A stretch of DNA of 64,000 nt from Candidatus Azambacteria bacterium (GTDB taxonomy: Bacteria > Patescibacteriota > Minisyncoccia > GWC2-36-17 > WO2-46-25): NCBI GenBank assembly GCA_016234725.1, contig JACRAK010000012.1, positions 10,619 to 74,618 on the forward strand. The letters are read 5' to 3'. A program made the translations under genes and the position numbers. The notes beneath the pieces are model-generated. The model had not been told where the DNA came from. It made no database searches and saw nothing but the letters and a program-made list of their open reading frames with translations. This document shows, piece by piece, positions 9,820 to 18,397 of the stretch. How positions within the stretch are numbered: the first letter of the stretch is position 1; each line of letters begins with the position of its first letter.

Positions 9820-10325
9820 ACGGTCCGGCGCGTGCTCTGTTCGAGTGTTTTTAATATCATACTACTGTGCGTACAGATCGCGGCGGCCAATGCGTCCGCC
9901 GCATCGTCTTGTGTGAGGGGGCTTTTTATGCCAAGGATCGCTTGCACCATTTTTTGCACCTGCTTTTTTTCCGCTCGTCCGTAGCCGGTGACCGCTTGCT
10001 TGATCTGCAGGGGGGTGAATTCGAGTACCGCGACATGATGCCGTTCGCATGTCGCGAGGATGACGCCGCGCGCCTGCGCGACCTTGATCGCGGTCTTGAG
10101 GTTTTTAAAAAAGAAGATGTCTTCAATGCCGATCACGTCCGGCGCGTGCAGAGAAAGGATCTCCCCAAGCTTTTTTTCAAGTTCGTGGAGCTTTTGCGGG
10201 GTCGTTTTGCCTGCCGACGGGACGGCAATGCATCCGTGCGCGACAAGCGCAATGGACGAACCCGTTTTTTTGATGACCCCGAAGCCGATGAGCGTATCCC
10301 CGGGGTCGATGCCCATGATGATCAT
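9816..10325 (-). CDS. ruvC: Holliday junction resolvase RuvC
   Basis: IMGIDPG, FFKNLKTAIKVAQARG, GYGRAEKKQVQ, DDAADALA. Confidence 0.97.
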   Translation of the reverse strand: MIIMGIDPGDTLIGFGVIKKTGSSIALVAHGCIAVPSAGKTTPQKLHELEKKLGEILSLHAPDVIGIEDIFFFKNLKTAIKVAQARGVILATCERHHVAVLEFTPLQIKQAVTGYGRAEKKQVQKMVQAILGIKSPLTQDDAADALAAAICTHSSMILKTLEQSTRRTV

Positions 10326-10337
10326 AAGAAAAAGAGA

Positions 10338-11063
10338 TTAGGAGACAAACGAAACGTTCGAATAAATATCTTGCACGTCGTCATTGTCATCAAGCGCATC
10401 AAGAAACGCCTCGACCTGTTTTTGCGCGTGCGGGTTCGCGACGGTCACGGTGTTTTTCGGCGTGTAGTCGAGTTCCGCGCGTTCCGGCACAATGCCCTTT
10501 CCTTCAAAAAATGTTTTTATGTGAAATAACTCATCGGGCTTGGTGATGATGACCGCGGCGCCATCTTCCTGCTGTACATCATGTGCGCCTCCTTCGATCG
10601 CGAGCGCTTCAATGGCTTCAAACGAAGTTCCCGTAAGCGGCACAACGATCCTCCCGCAGCGCTCGAACATCCAGGTGACCGAGCCGGGGGAGGCGAGATT
10701 GCCGCCGTGGTCTGAAAGCAGATGGCGTATCTCTTGCGATGTGCGGTTGCGCGAGTCGGTGATCGCGTCGATGATGACCGCAACGCCTCCGGGCCCGTAT
10801 CCTTCGAATTGCACCGTCTCGATCTTTTCGCCGCCGCCGCCCGACCATTTTTTCATGATCCGCTGGACGTTTTCTGAGGGCATATTCGCCTCTTTTGCTT
10901 TTTCAAGCGCAAGCCGCAGACCGGGGTTCAGTTCGGGGAGAAGCCCCTTTTCTTTGATCGCGATGCTGATCATGCGCGATATCTTGCCGAACACCTTTCC
11001 TTTTTGAACGTCTGCGGCGCCTTTCTTCCTTTTAATGGTCGACCATTTTGAATGTCCCGACAT
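10338..11063 (-). CDS. yebC: YebC/PmpR family protein
   Basis: MSGHSKWSTIKRKKG, EGYGPGGVA, DDVQDIYSN. Confidence 0.96.
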   Translation of the reverse strand: MSGHSKWSTIKRKKGAADVQKGKVFGKISRMISIAIKEKGLLPELNPGLRLALEKAKEANMPSENVQRIMKKWSGGGGEKIETVQFEGYGPGGVAVIIDAITDSRNRTSQEIRHLLSDHGGNLASPGSVTWMFERCGRIVVPLTGTSFEAIEALAIEGGAHDVQQEDGAAVIITKPDELFHIKTFFEGKGIVPERAELDYTPKNTVTVANPHAQKQVEAFLDALDDNDDVQDIYSNVSFVS

Positions 11064-11069
11064 GCTGTC

Positions 11070-11132
11070 TTGAAGCTTGAATCCTGAAACTTGAAACGAG
11101 CTACGTTTCAAGTTTTACGTTACAAGTTTCAT
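11070..11132. repeat. Head-to-head heptamer array
   Basis: TTGAAGC TTGAATC CTGAAAC TTGAAAC - GAGCTAC - GTTTCAA GTTTTAC GTTACAA GTTTCAT. Confidence 0.8.
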
Positions 11133-11136
11133 GGTG

Positions 11137-12150
11137 TTAGAGTAGCGTTCCCTGATTTTGCCCCGCCTCAAACGGAATGCCCAGGTGCGCGTAGGCGTCT
11201 TTGGTGGCGATCCTTCCTTTCATACTGCGGGCAAGAAAGCCGATCTGCAATAAATACGGCTCGTAAATATCCTCAATGGTCTCGACCTCTTCCGAGGTTG
11301 AGGCGGCGATGGTCTTAAGCCCCACGGGGCCGCCATGGTATTGAGAGATGATGGTCTCAAGAATGCGCAGGTCGGTCGCTTCAAGCCCGATGGGGTCGAT
11401 GTCCATCATCGCGAGCGCCTTGTGCGCAACGTCGCGCGTAACGGGTTCGTGGTCGTGCACCTGCGCATAGTCGCGGACGCGCTTGAGAATACGGTTCGCC
11501 ACGCGCGGGGTGAAGCGCGACGCGTCGGCGATCACATCCACCGCCTCGTCGAGAAGGTTCGCGCCCAAAAGCGCCGCGGAGCGCGCGATGATCTTTTTAA
11601 TTTCGTCTTTCTGGTAAAATTCCAAACGGTGCGTCGCGCCGAACCGCGAGCGGAACGGCGAGGAGAGAAGACCCGCGCGCGTTGTTGCCGCGATAATAGT
11701 AAAGCGGGGAAGCTGTAATTGCAATGTGCGCGCGGAAGGACCTTTGCCTAAAATAATATCAAGCGTGCCGTTTTCCATCGCGGGGTAAAGCATTTCTTCC
11801 ACCACTTTATGCAGGCGATGCGCTTCATCGATAAAAAGCATATCGCCCTCTTCCATATTGGTGAGGATCGCGGCAAGGTCGCCGACCTTTTCTATCGCGG
11901 GGCCCGACGTCACTTTCAGCGCCGCGCCCATTTCTTTTGCGATGAGGTTGGCGAGCGTGGTCTTGCCGAGTCCGGCGGGACCGTACAGCAGAACGTGCTC
12001 GATCGGTTCTTTGCGCTTGCGCGCGGCCTCGATAAGAACGCGCAGATTCCGTTTTATCTTTTCTTGGCCGATGTAGTCGTCCCAGCGCCCCGGTCGGAGG
12101 GCTAGGTCAAGCGAGGCGTCTTCTTTTTTGAGTATTTGTTCGGGAGGCAT
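11137..12150 (-). CDS. ruvB: Holliday junction helicase RuvB
   Basis: LRP..W..YIGQ, GPAGLGKTT, FIDEAHRL, ATTRAG, EPYLLQIG. Confidence 0.97.
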   Translation of the reverse strand: MPPEQILKKEDASLDLALRPGRWDDYIGQEKIKRNLRVLIEAARKRKEPIEHVLLYGPAGLGKTTLANLIAKEMGAALKVTSGPAIEKVGDLAAILTNMEEGDMLFIDEAHRLHKVVEEMLYPAMENGTLDIILGKGPSARTLQLQLPRFTIIAATTRAGLLSSPFRSRFGATHRLEFYQKDEIKKIIARSAALLGANLLDEAVDVIADASRFTPRVANRILKRVRDYAQVHDHEPVTRDVAHKALAMMDIDPIGLEATDLRILETIISQYHGGPVGLKTIAASTSEEVETIEDIYEPYLLQIGFLARSMKGRIATKDAYAHLGIPFEAGQNQGTLL

Positions 12151-12191
12151 ACCCCTCTATTTTACTACATTTTTGAGCTTCGCGCGCCCTA

Positions 12192-12220
12192 TTGACAAAG
12201 CCAATTTTGTTTGCTATAAT
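12192..12220 (+). promoter_or_regulatory. Consensus sigma70 promoter
   Basis: TTGACA-N17-TATAAT. Confidence 0.85.
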
Positions 12221-12226
12221 TGGGCA

Positions 12227-12420
12227 TCAAAAGTATTTGGCAGTACAGCTAAAACATTAAAAACTCACTGACCTGTAGGCAATTAAGATTTTCTCGTTGA
12301 TCTTAAATAGGGGTGCTTCTCAGCTTGGGTAGCTTGGTTCCGACTGAACTATTCCTCGGATGTATTCTTTACTCTTGGCTCCGGCTAGGATTTTTGCCTA
12401 CAGGTTTGTGAGTTTTTTAT
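12227..12420 (+). ncRNA. Candidate structured ncRNA (6S-like?)
   Basis: Follows a perfect promoter with no credible ORF; AAAAACTCACTGACCTGTAGGCAA pairs with TTGCCTACAGGTTTGTGAGTTTTT about 130 nt downstream. Confidence 0.5.
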
Positions 12421-12445
12421 TTTCTCTGTTTTTTTTGGAGCTATG

Positions 12446-14119
12446 TTATTGTCCTGCGACGGATTCTATCTCTTCAATGGTGGTAAGTCCCGCAAGCACT
12501 TTCAGAAAGCCGTCCTGCTTGATCGATATCATGCCGCTTTTGCGCGCAAGCTCCCATAATTGCGATTGCGTGGGTTTTACGATGATCACTTCTTCCGCGT
12601 CTTTGCCCACCGCGAACATTTCATACAGCCCAACCCTTCCTTTATAGCCGGTGTTGTTGCACAGCTTGCATGCGGAAGGCCGAGACACCATCGTGTATTC
12701 ATCGAGAGCCGGTGCCGCAACGCGCAGCGAGAGGTCCGCGAACGCCGTTTTTAATTTCTGAAGCTCTTCTTTCGTCACCGGGCTTTTCGTGGAACAATGC
12801 GCGCACACTTTCCGCACCAGACGCTGCGCGATCAGCATATTGATCGCCGGCGCGATGATGTTCGGAGAAAGATCCATATCAATGAGCCGCAAGATCGCGC
12901 TTGGCGCATCATTGGTATGCAGTGTAGAGAATACCAGGTGGCCCGTCAAGGCGGCGTGGAGCGCGATGTCCGCTGTTTCCATGTCGCGGATCTCGCCCAC
13001 GAGTATCACGTCGGGGTCTTGGCGTAAAATAGAACGAAGTCCGGAAGAAAACGTATACCCGGCTTCGGTGTTCGTCTGGCTTTGTGAAATGCCGTCGACA
13101 TGATACTCGATCGGGTCTTCGATCGTGATGATCTTCACCGCAGGGGAGTTTATCTTTTTCAAAAACGCGTAGAGCGTCGTGGTTTTTCCCGACCCCGTCG
13201 GGCCGGTGACCAAAATAAGCCCGTTGGGGCGCTTCAGTTCCTTCGCGACCAGCTCCAGGTCGTGCGGCAAAAGGCCCAGGTCCTCAAGCGGAATGGAAAT
13301 GGTCTTGGGATTGAGGATACGCATCACGAGCGATTCGCCGTTGGGCCCCGGAAGCACCGAGGTGCGCACTTCGATCGACTTGTCGCTTGCCGTAATGGAA
13401 AAACGGCCGTCTTGCGGCGCGTTGGTCACGTTCAATTTAAGGCGCGAGAGCACCTTGATACGGCTGTTGAGGAGCGCATACATTTTTTTATCCAGCGTCG
13501 CGACCTCCTGGAGCACGCCGTCGATGCGGAAACGCACCGTCACGCTGTCTTCTCGCGGTTCTATATGGACGTCCGAGCTGTCGAGCGCGAGCGACCCCGC
13601 AATGATAAGCTCGATCACCGCGGTGGCGTTTTTAAGCACTGCGCGCAAAAACACGTCCTTGAAATCGTCGACATAATGGATCTCCTGCTGGAGCTTTTCG
13701 AGGTTCTCGGGCGTGATCTCAATAGTGCCCGACACATCTTCTTTTTCTTTCGGCAGGAGCGCGTAAAACCCCCATGCGTGGTCCAAGCTCCGGCCCGAGG
13801 CGAGAAAAAGATCGACGATAAGCCCTTTGTTCTTGAGATTTTCTATCATGAGCATCGTCTGCGGATCCTTCGGGTTTTTGACGGCGATCTTGAGGTTGGG
13901 GCCGAATTTCTGTATCACCGCGAGATGCGCGCGGCGGGCGGTTTCTTCGTCCACGGTCGAGAGCGAATCCGCGTTGATGGTCTGCGAAGAAAGGTCGACA
14001 TACGGGATGCCTATTTTCTCGGAAAAGCGCTGTGCCGCCTCTTCTTCTTCTTTCTTGCGCAGTTCTTCAAATTTCGCCTGCTCCTTCTTTTCTTCAAATG
14101 TATGTTCACGCATGGTCAT
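12446..14119 (-). CDS. pilB: Type IV pilus/T2SS assembly ATPase (PilB/GspE)
   Basis: SDVHIEP, PQDGRF, GPTGSGKTTTLY, LRQDPDVILVGEIRD, TGHLVFSTLHTN, two CxxC. Confidence 0.93.
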   Translation of the reverse strand: MTMREHTFEEKKEQAKFEELRKKEEEEAAQRFSEKIGIPYVDLSSQTINADSLSTVDEETARRAHLAVIQKFGPNLKIAVKNPKDPQTMLMIENLKNKGLIVDLFLASGRSLDHAWGFYALLPKEKEDVSGTIEITPENLEKLQQEIHYVDDFKDVFLRAVLKNATAVIELIIAGSLALDSSDVHIEPREDSVTVRFRIDGVLQEVATLDKKMYALLNSRIKVLSRLKLNVTNAPQDGRFSITASDKSIEVRTSVLPGPNGESLVMRILNPKTISIPLEDLGLLPHDLELVAKELKRPNGLILVTGPTGSGKTTTLYAFLKKINSPAVKIITIEDPIEYHVDGISQSQTNTEAGYTFSSGLRSILRQDPDVILVGEIRDMETADIALHAALTGHLVFSTLHTNDAPSAILRLIDMDLSPNIIAPAINMLIAQRLVRKVCAHCSTKSPVTKEELQKLKTAFADLSLRVAAPALDEYTMVSRPSACKLCNNTGYKGRVGLYEMFAVGKDAEEVIIVKPTQSQLWELARKSGMISIKQDGFLKVLAGLTTIEEIESVAGQ

Positions 14120-14218
14120 ATGCGCTTATCATACCGTCAAATCGCGCATTTGAGCAAGCAATTGCATCGTGCTAATTTCCCCGCTGAAAAGCGGCTTTTT
14201 ATGTGATAAGATGAAGTC

Positions 14219-14523
14219 ATGGAAATCACAGAGAAAAAACTGCAGGCGATTTTAATAAAAGGAAGAAAAGAGTTTCAGCGGTATGTTGGCGCGCTTGGAA
14301 ATAATTTTTCTTCACAAGTGAAGCTGGTCGCTGAATCGTTGTCCGGCATCCAGAATCAGCTCGTGGCCATTCGGGAGATGGTTGCCAAAAACACGGAGGA
14401 CATAGAGACGATGAAGAGGGATCTTCATCTCATCAAGCACGATCTTAAGCGCAAGGTTGGTATGACGAGTTTGCAATATTAGAGCGACGCGTGGTCATGC
14501 TGGAAACGAAAGCAAAAAGATAA
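14219..14523 (+). pseudogene. Coiled-coil hypothetical protein with a probable frameshift near 14459
   Basis: ...DLKRKV continues in a shifted frame as YDEFAILERRVVMLETKAKR* (TAA 14521-14523). Confidence 0.55.
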
Positions 14524-14602
14524 AAAAACACAATGGCATGGCGAGAAGCCGGAAAGTGAAGTAATAAGGCATGCGGGAGCGGATATACAAAATTATGTAA
14601 AC

Positions 14603-14632
14603 AAAAAGACGGCATTTGATTGCCGTCTTTTT
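14603..14632. terminator. Bidirectional intrinsic terminator; near-identical copy at 21828-21857
   Basis: AAAAAGACGGCA-TTTGAT-TGCCGTCTTTTT. Confidence 0.85.
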
Positions 14633-14639
14633 AAATTAT

Positions 14640-15302
14640 CTACTGATTCGCAAAATTTCTCTCTGCTTCAGATAATGAGATCCCAAAGATTTCTTTGAAT
14701 TTTTCTTCAAACTGAGGATGGTAGTAGTTTTTATTCAAGGATCGTAATAATCCCAATATTTTTTCAAAGGAATATTTTTCTATCAAAAAGGAGGTAAACA
14801 AGCATGCATGTTTATATGCATCATGGTTAGCATATACGCTCCATCCATACTCAGTGGAGAGCTTCGCGACATAATTCTCTTCTATATAATATCCCCGCTG
14901 ATTTTTATATTGATCGACTTGGCCCGCTACATACATCGCTATCCCTTCATTCAGCCATACGGGAATGGCCGCCGCGCCCACGATCTTCTTTGCGAACGCA
15001 TGCCACAGCTCATGCTTTAAGATTTTTATAAAATCACTTTTTGGGTGAGAGCTTTGCTTTTCAAAAGAGTTCGGATGAAGAATGTCTATAGAACCATCCG
15101 CAGATGTGTTTCCCACATGCCATGGTGGTGTTTTCATCCCGATCCGCTTCTCATAGTTAGCTCTGGATTCGTGGAGTCGGATAACGATAGGGAAGTCGGC
15201 GGGTATGTGCAGCTGACCCCCGAGATCAGCAAGCGCCTTTTCAACTTCTTTCTTTATTACATTAAGACCCCTCTTCGGTCCTTGCAGCGTGAAATTACTC
15301 AT
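14640..15302 (-). CDS. Zinc metallopeptidase-like protein (MA clan, gluzincin motif)
   Basis: LKHELWH ... PVWLNEGIAMY. Confidence 0.8.
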   Translation of the reverse strand: MSNFTLQGPKRGLNVIKKEVEKALADLGGQLHIPADFPIVIRLHESRANYEKRIGMKTPPWHVGNTSADGSIDILHPNSFEKQSSHPKSDFIKILKHELWHAFAKKIVGAAAIPVWLNEGIAMYVAGQVDQYKNQRGYYIEENYVAKLSTEYGWSVYANHDAYKHACLFTSFLIEKYSFEKILGLLRSLNKNYYHPQFEEKFKEIFGISLSEAERNFANQ

Positions 15303-15553
15303 AAGAGGATTATATCACAAAGAAGCAGTCTTATTTCACCGGCATCAGCCATTTTTTTGTGCAAAATTAATTCAATGTATAAATTAACTGAATAACCCAT
15401 GTTTTTTGGTGTTAAAAGAGCTTAAAAGACATTAAGATATTAAAATTGACAAAAACAAATCTTAGTATATTATTCAACATAGTTAAGGGTAAGGAGAAAG
15501 ATCTTTAAAAACATAGATTGCAAAATTTAACCCGAGAAAAGGAGGTGGCCGAA

Positions 15554-15793
15554 ATGATCACAAACATGGATGAAAAACTGAAGTTTTATTGTCCTCGGTG
15601 CAAAGTAATGTTTTCTTGTGCTGGTGACGATGGCGTGGCAAAATGTCCAATTTGCAAGGTCAAAAGAAGTGATGGTTTTAATCAAATCGGACACAACTGC
15701 TTTCAGTGCGTAGCCTGCAAATGCCGATTTGAAAACATTTCAAAAGAAGGACTAAAATGTCCTAACGGATGTGTAAAGGAGGATGTGGAATGA
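15554..15793 (+). CDS. Cys-rich double zinc-ribbon protein
   Basis: AGGAGGT SD; CPRC, CPIC, CVAC, CPNGC; stop overlaps the trpS start. Confidence 0.75.
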   Translation: MITNMDEKLKFYCPRCKVMFSCAGDDGVAKCPICKVKRSDGFNQIGHNCFQCVACKCRFENISKEGLKCPNGCVKEDVE

Positions 15794-16791
15794 AAAGCAA
15801 GAGTGTTATTCTGTCAGGAATACGAGCAACAGGGAGGCTTCATTTCGGAAATTTTCTTGGCGCGGTTCAAAATTTTGTTAAGTTTCAGCAACCAGGGAAT
15901 ACCTGTCTTTATTTTATCGCTGACTGGCATACCCTCACGACTTTTCAAGACCCTAAAGAGCTTCGAGGAAATTTGATAGAGATAGTGAAAGATTACATTG
16001 CTGCCGGCCTTGATCCCGAGCGGTCCATTATTTACGCTCAATCAAGTGTTCCGGAGATTGCGGAGCTCTGTCTCTATCTAAGCATGATCCAGCCTTTTGG
16101 TGATCTGGTGAGGATTCCGACGTTTAAGGATCTTATTCGAAAGAATCCAAACAATGTGAATCTGGGAATTGTGACGTATCCGGTTCTTATGGCAGCCGAT
16201 ATCCTTGGTCCAAGAGCAACGCTAGTTCCTGTTGGCGAAGATCAGATTCCAAATATTGAACTTGCGCAATCATTAGCGCGCAAGTTCAATAATCATTTCG
16301 GCGATACATTTGTTATCCCCGATATGATGATGCAGATGATTCGGGTTCCCGGTCTAGATGGGAATAAGATGGGAAAATCGGAGGCAGATAATGCAATCGA
16401 TGTAAATTCCCCAATTTCTGTAATTCGCGAGCGATACCTAAAAAAAGGAATAACAGACATTGAACGTAAGCGAGCAAAAGATCCCGGGGACCCCTATAAT
16501 CGTTGCCAGTCCGTGTATCCTTTGCACGAGCTTATCACGATTGGTGAGGCCGAAACGCGAACCATAGCAACCGCATGCCTAGAAGCCAGGATTGGATGTG
16601 TGGAATGCAAGCATCGTCTTGTGGATGGCATTGATAAGATATTGGGGCCATTCCAAGAGGCGCGCGCTAAGCTCGCTGACAAAAACGACCAAATCAGGGA
16701 AATTCTTCACGAGGGAGGGAAAAAGGCGAGAGTGCTGGTCCGTGAAACAACAATGGTCGTGCGCGAAAAGATGGGTATTGTCATCCATTAA
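15790..16791 (+). CDS. trpS: Tryptophan-tRNA ligase
   Basis: SGIRATGRLHFGN, ADWH, YPVLMAADIL, VPVGEDQ, KMGKS. Confidence 0.95.
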   Translation: MKSKSVILSGIRATGRLHFGNFLGAVQNFVKFQQPGNTCLYFIADWHTLTTFQDPKELRGNLIEIVKDYIAAGLDPERSIIYAQSSVPEIAELCLYLSMIQPFGDLVRIPTFKDLIRKNPNNVNLGIVTYPVLMAADILGPRATLVPVGEDQIPNIELAQSLARKFNNHFGDTFVIPDMMMQMIRVPGLDGNKMGKSEADNAIDVNSPISVIRERYLKKGITDIERKRAKDPGDPYNRCQSVYPLHELITIGEAETRTIATACLEARIGCVECKHRLVDGIDKILGPFQEARAKLADKNDQIREILHEGGKKARVLVRETTMVVREKMGIVIH

Positions 16792-16817
16792 CTCTAAAGA
16801 AGGAGGAGGGAAATGTT

Positions 16818-17942
16818 ATGGAACAGTTCTTGAGCTTAAAAGAACTGGGGAGCCGACTCTATAAGGTCGACATGCTTGTTGTTGCTCTCTTGAAGCGCCG
16901 AATGGATTTGGCGCTTCAAGTAGGGGAGTTCAAGGTAAGGAATGGGCAAAAGATTTTTCGTGCAAGCGTCGAATCAAAACGATTGGCTCAGGTGAAAGCT
17001 GAGGCGCGCAAGCGCAATCTAAGCCAGCACTTTGCAGCATCCATTCTGTATCAAGCTATAAATGAATCATGTAAGCAGCAAATGATTCAGTTGCAAAATA
17101 CAAATGCTCGGCGGCACAAAAAGGCAAAAACCGAAAAAGAGAGCTACCGCCTCTTGAAAAAAAACCTTCTGCTTCTTACGAGGCGATGGGCTGATTCATA
17201 TGATGATCAGTATGACAAAGCTTTTTTTGCGACGCACGCTTATCTTGATTTCGAGGATCAGATCCTCGAGCAAGAGATAAGGCAAATTGCTGATCGGGGA
17301 ATTGCTTTGGACTTGGGGTGTGCAACAGGAAGGTTGTCTACGAAGCTTTCCCCGTCATTCAGATGGGTGTATGGATACGATCTGAGTCCTCATATGCTCA
17401 TGAAGGCAAACGCAAAAGAAAAAAAAGTCCAAAATGTCAGCTTCATTGAAGCTGATTTAGAAAAAGGAATTCCTCAGTCAGACAGTTCGGTATCGTTTGT
17501 GGCAATGAATTTAGGTACGGCAAGCGATATCCGTGATATTTCCGGAGTTCTTAAGGAGGTTAAGCGCGTCCTTGTCTCTGGCGGAAGGTTTTTCTTCTCG
17601 TTTTACAATCGAGAAGCGTTGTTGTATCAATGGGATTTCATCCCATGGCCAGTTGGACTTGCTGCTGAAATCAACATCCACAAACATTGCCTAGACGTTC
17701 ATTTAGGCGCAAAGGTTTTGTCAGTATATGCTCGTCCGTACACCTCGAAGGAGGCGAGGAATCTTTTCCCTAAAGGAATGAAGCTTTCGAAGGTTCTTAC
17801 TCACCCAACGATCAGCTCCATTCTTCCTAATAATCTGTTTGAAGGAAAAGCATCCATTCAAAAGTCTGTGGCTGATATCGATCGACACCTTGCAAAGGCT
17901 CACGATGGCGCATATATCATCGTAACAGGTAAAAAAATGTAG
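16818..17942 (+). CDS. Chorismate mutase (AroQ)-like domain fused to a class I SAM methyltransferase
   Basis: N-terminal VDMLVVALLKRRMDLALQVGEFK...ESCKQQ; C-terminal ALDLGCATG, GYDLS, EVKRVLVSGG. Confidence 0.8.
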   Translation: MEQFLSLKELGSRLYKVDMLVVALLKRRMDLALQVGEFKVRNGQKIFRASVESKRLAQVKAEARKRNLSQHFAASILYQAINESCKQQMIQLQNTNARRHKKAKTEKESYRLLKKNLLLLTRRWADSYDDQYDKAFFATHAYLDFEDQILEQEIRQIADRGIALDLGCATGRLSTKLSPSFRWVYGYDLSPHMLMKANAKEKKVQNVSFIEADLEKGIPQSDSSVSFVAMNLGTASDIRDISGVLKEVKRVLVSGGRFFFSFYNREALLYQWDFIPWPVGLAAEINIHKHCLDVHLGAKVLSVYARPYTSKEARNLFPKGMKLSKVLTHPTISSILPNNLFEGKASIQKSVADIDRHLAKAHDGAYIIVTGKKM

Positions 17943-17946
17943 CTTT

Positions 17947-17976
17947 AAAGACCCCTGTATCCCGGGGGTCTTTTTT
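17947..17976 (+). terminator. Intrinsic terminator
   Basis: AAAGACCCC...GGGGTCTTTTTT. Confidence 0.7.
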
Positions 17977-18039
17977 ATATCTGGTGTCTTGAGGCGCTCT
18001 AAAGCTCTTGACAAATTTTTTTATGGTGCTAGATTTAGC

Positions 18040-18312
18040 TCAGGTCTTTTATAGTAGCAAAACCTTTGATGTGGGTCCCTCGAGTAGTCGAGGGATTGGG
18101 CTCATATCGCTCGACATGACATATGGCGAGCAAGGTGGCTTCTGCGAAAGTGGAAACCCGGATTCCTCCGTAATCATGGGATAATTGATGTCAGCCGAAA
18201 GGCACTTGAGTCAATGAGGGAAGCTTTTGCTTCCGAAAAAGGGTGGTAGCACGTAGATAAAACTCTTCGTCCCTTTGCGTAATTTTTTGCGCACAGAGAT
18301 GAGGAGTTTTTT
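18040..18312 (+). promoter_or_regulatory. T-box riboswitch leader (probably Trp)
   Basis: AAAAGGGTGGTAGCACG antiterminator with partner CGTCCCT, followed by terminator AAAACTCTTCGTC...GATGAGGAGTTTTTT; TTGACA at 18008; candidate TGG specifier at 18151. Confidence 0.8.
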
Positions 18313-18397
18313 GTTAAAACCCTCAGCATTTAAGGCGAGTTCTTTTACAAATCACGCACAAATCGTGCACAACCGTTTGACCCAAAGGGAGGGTGTT

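Noticed and set aside
13100-14206. Long antisense ORFs (also 8524-9333, 39407-40408, 45117-46136, 47216-48262, 51885-52952)
   Set aside because: Shadows of well-supported genes in GC-rich coding DNA, with no recognisable motifs.
15554-15793. Cys-rich ORF as a fourth RiPP precursor
   Set aside because: Cys occur as CxxC knuckles along the whole length with no leader and no adjacent maturase; a zinc ribbon fits better.
18275-18397. Extension of the TrpD-like ORF
   Set aside because: It overlaps the T-box terminator; the SD supports ATG 18398.
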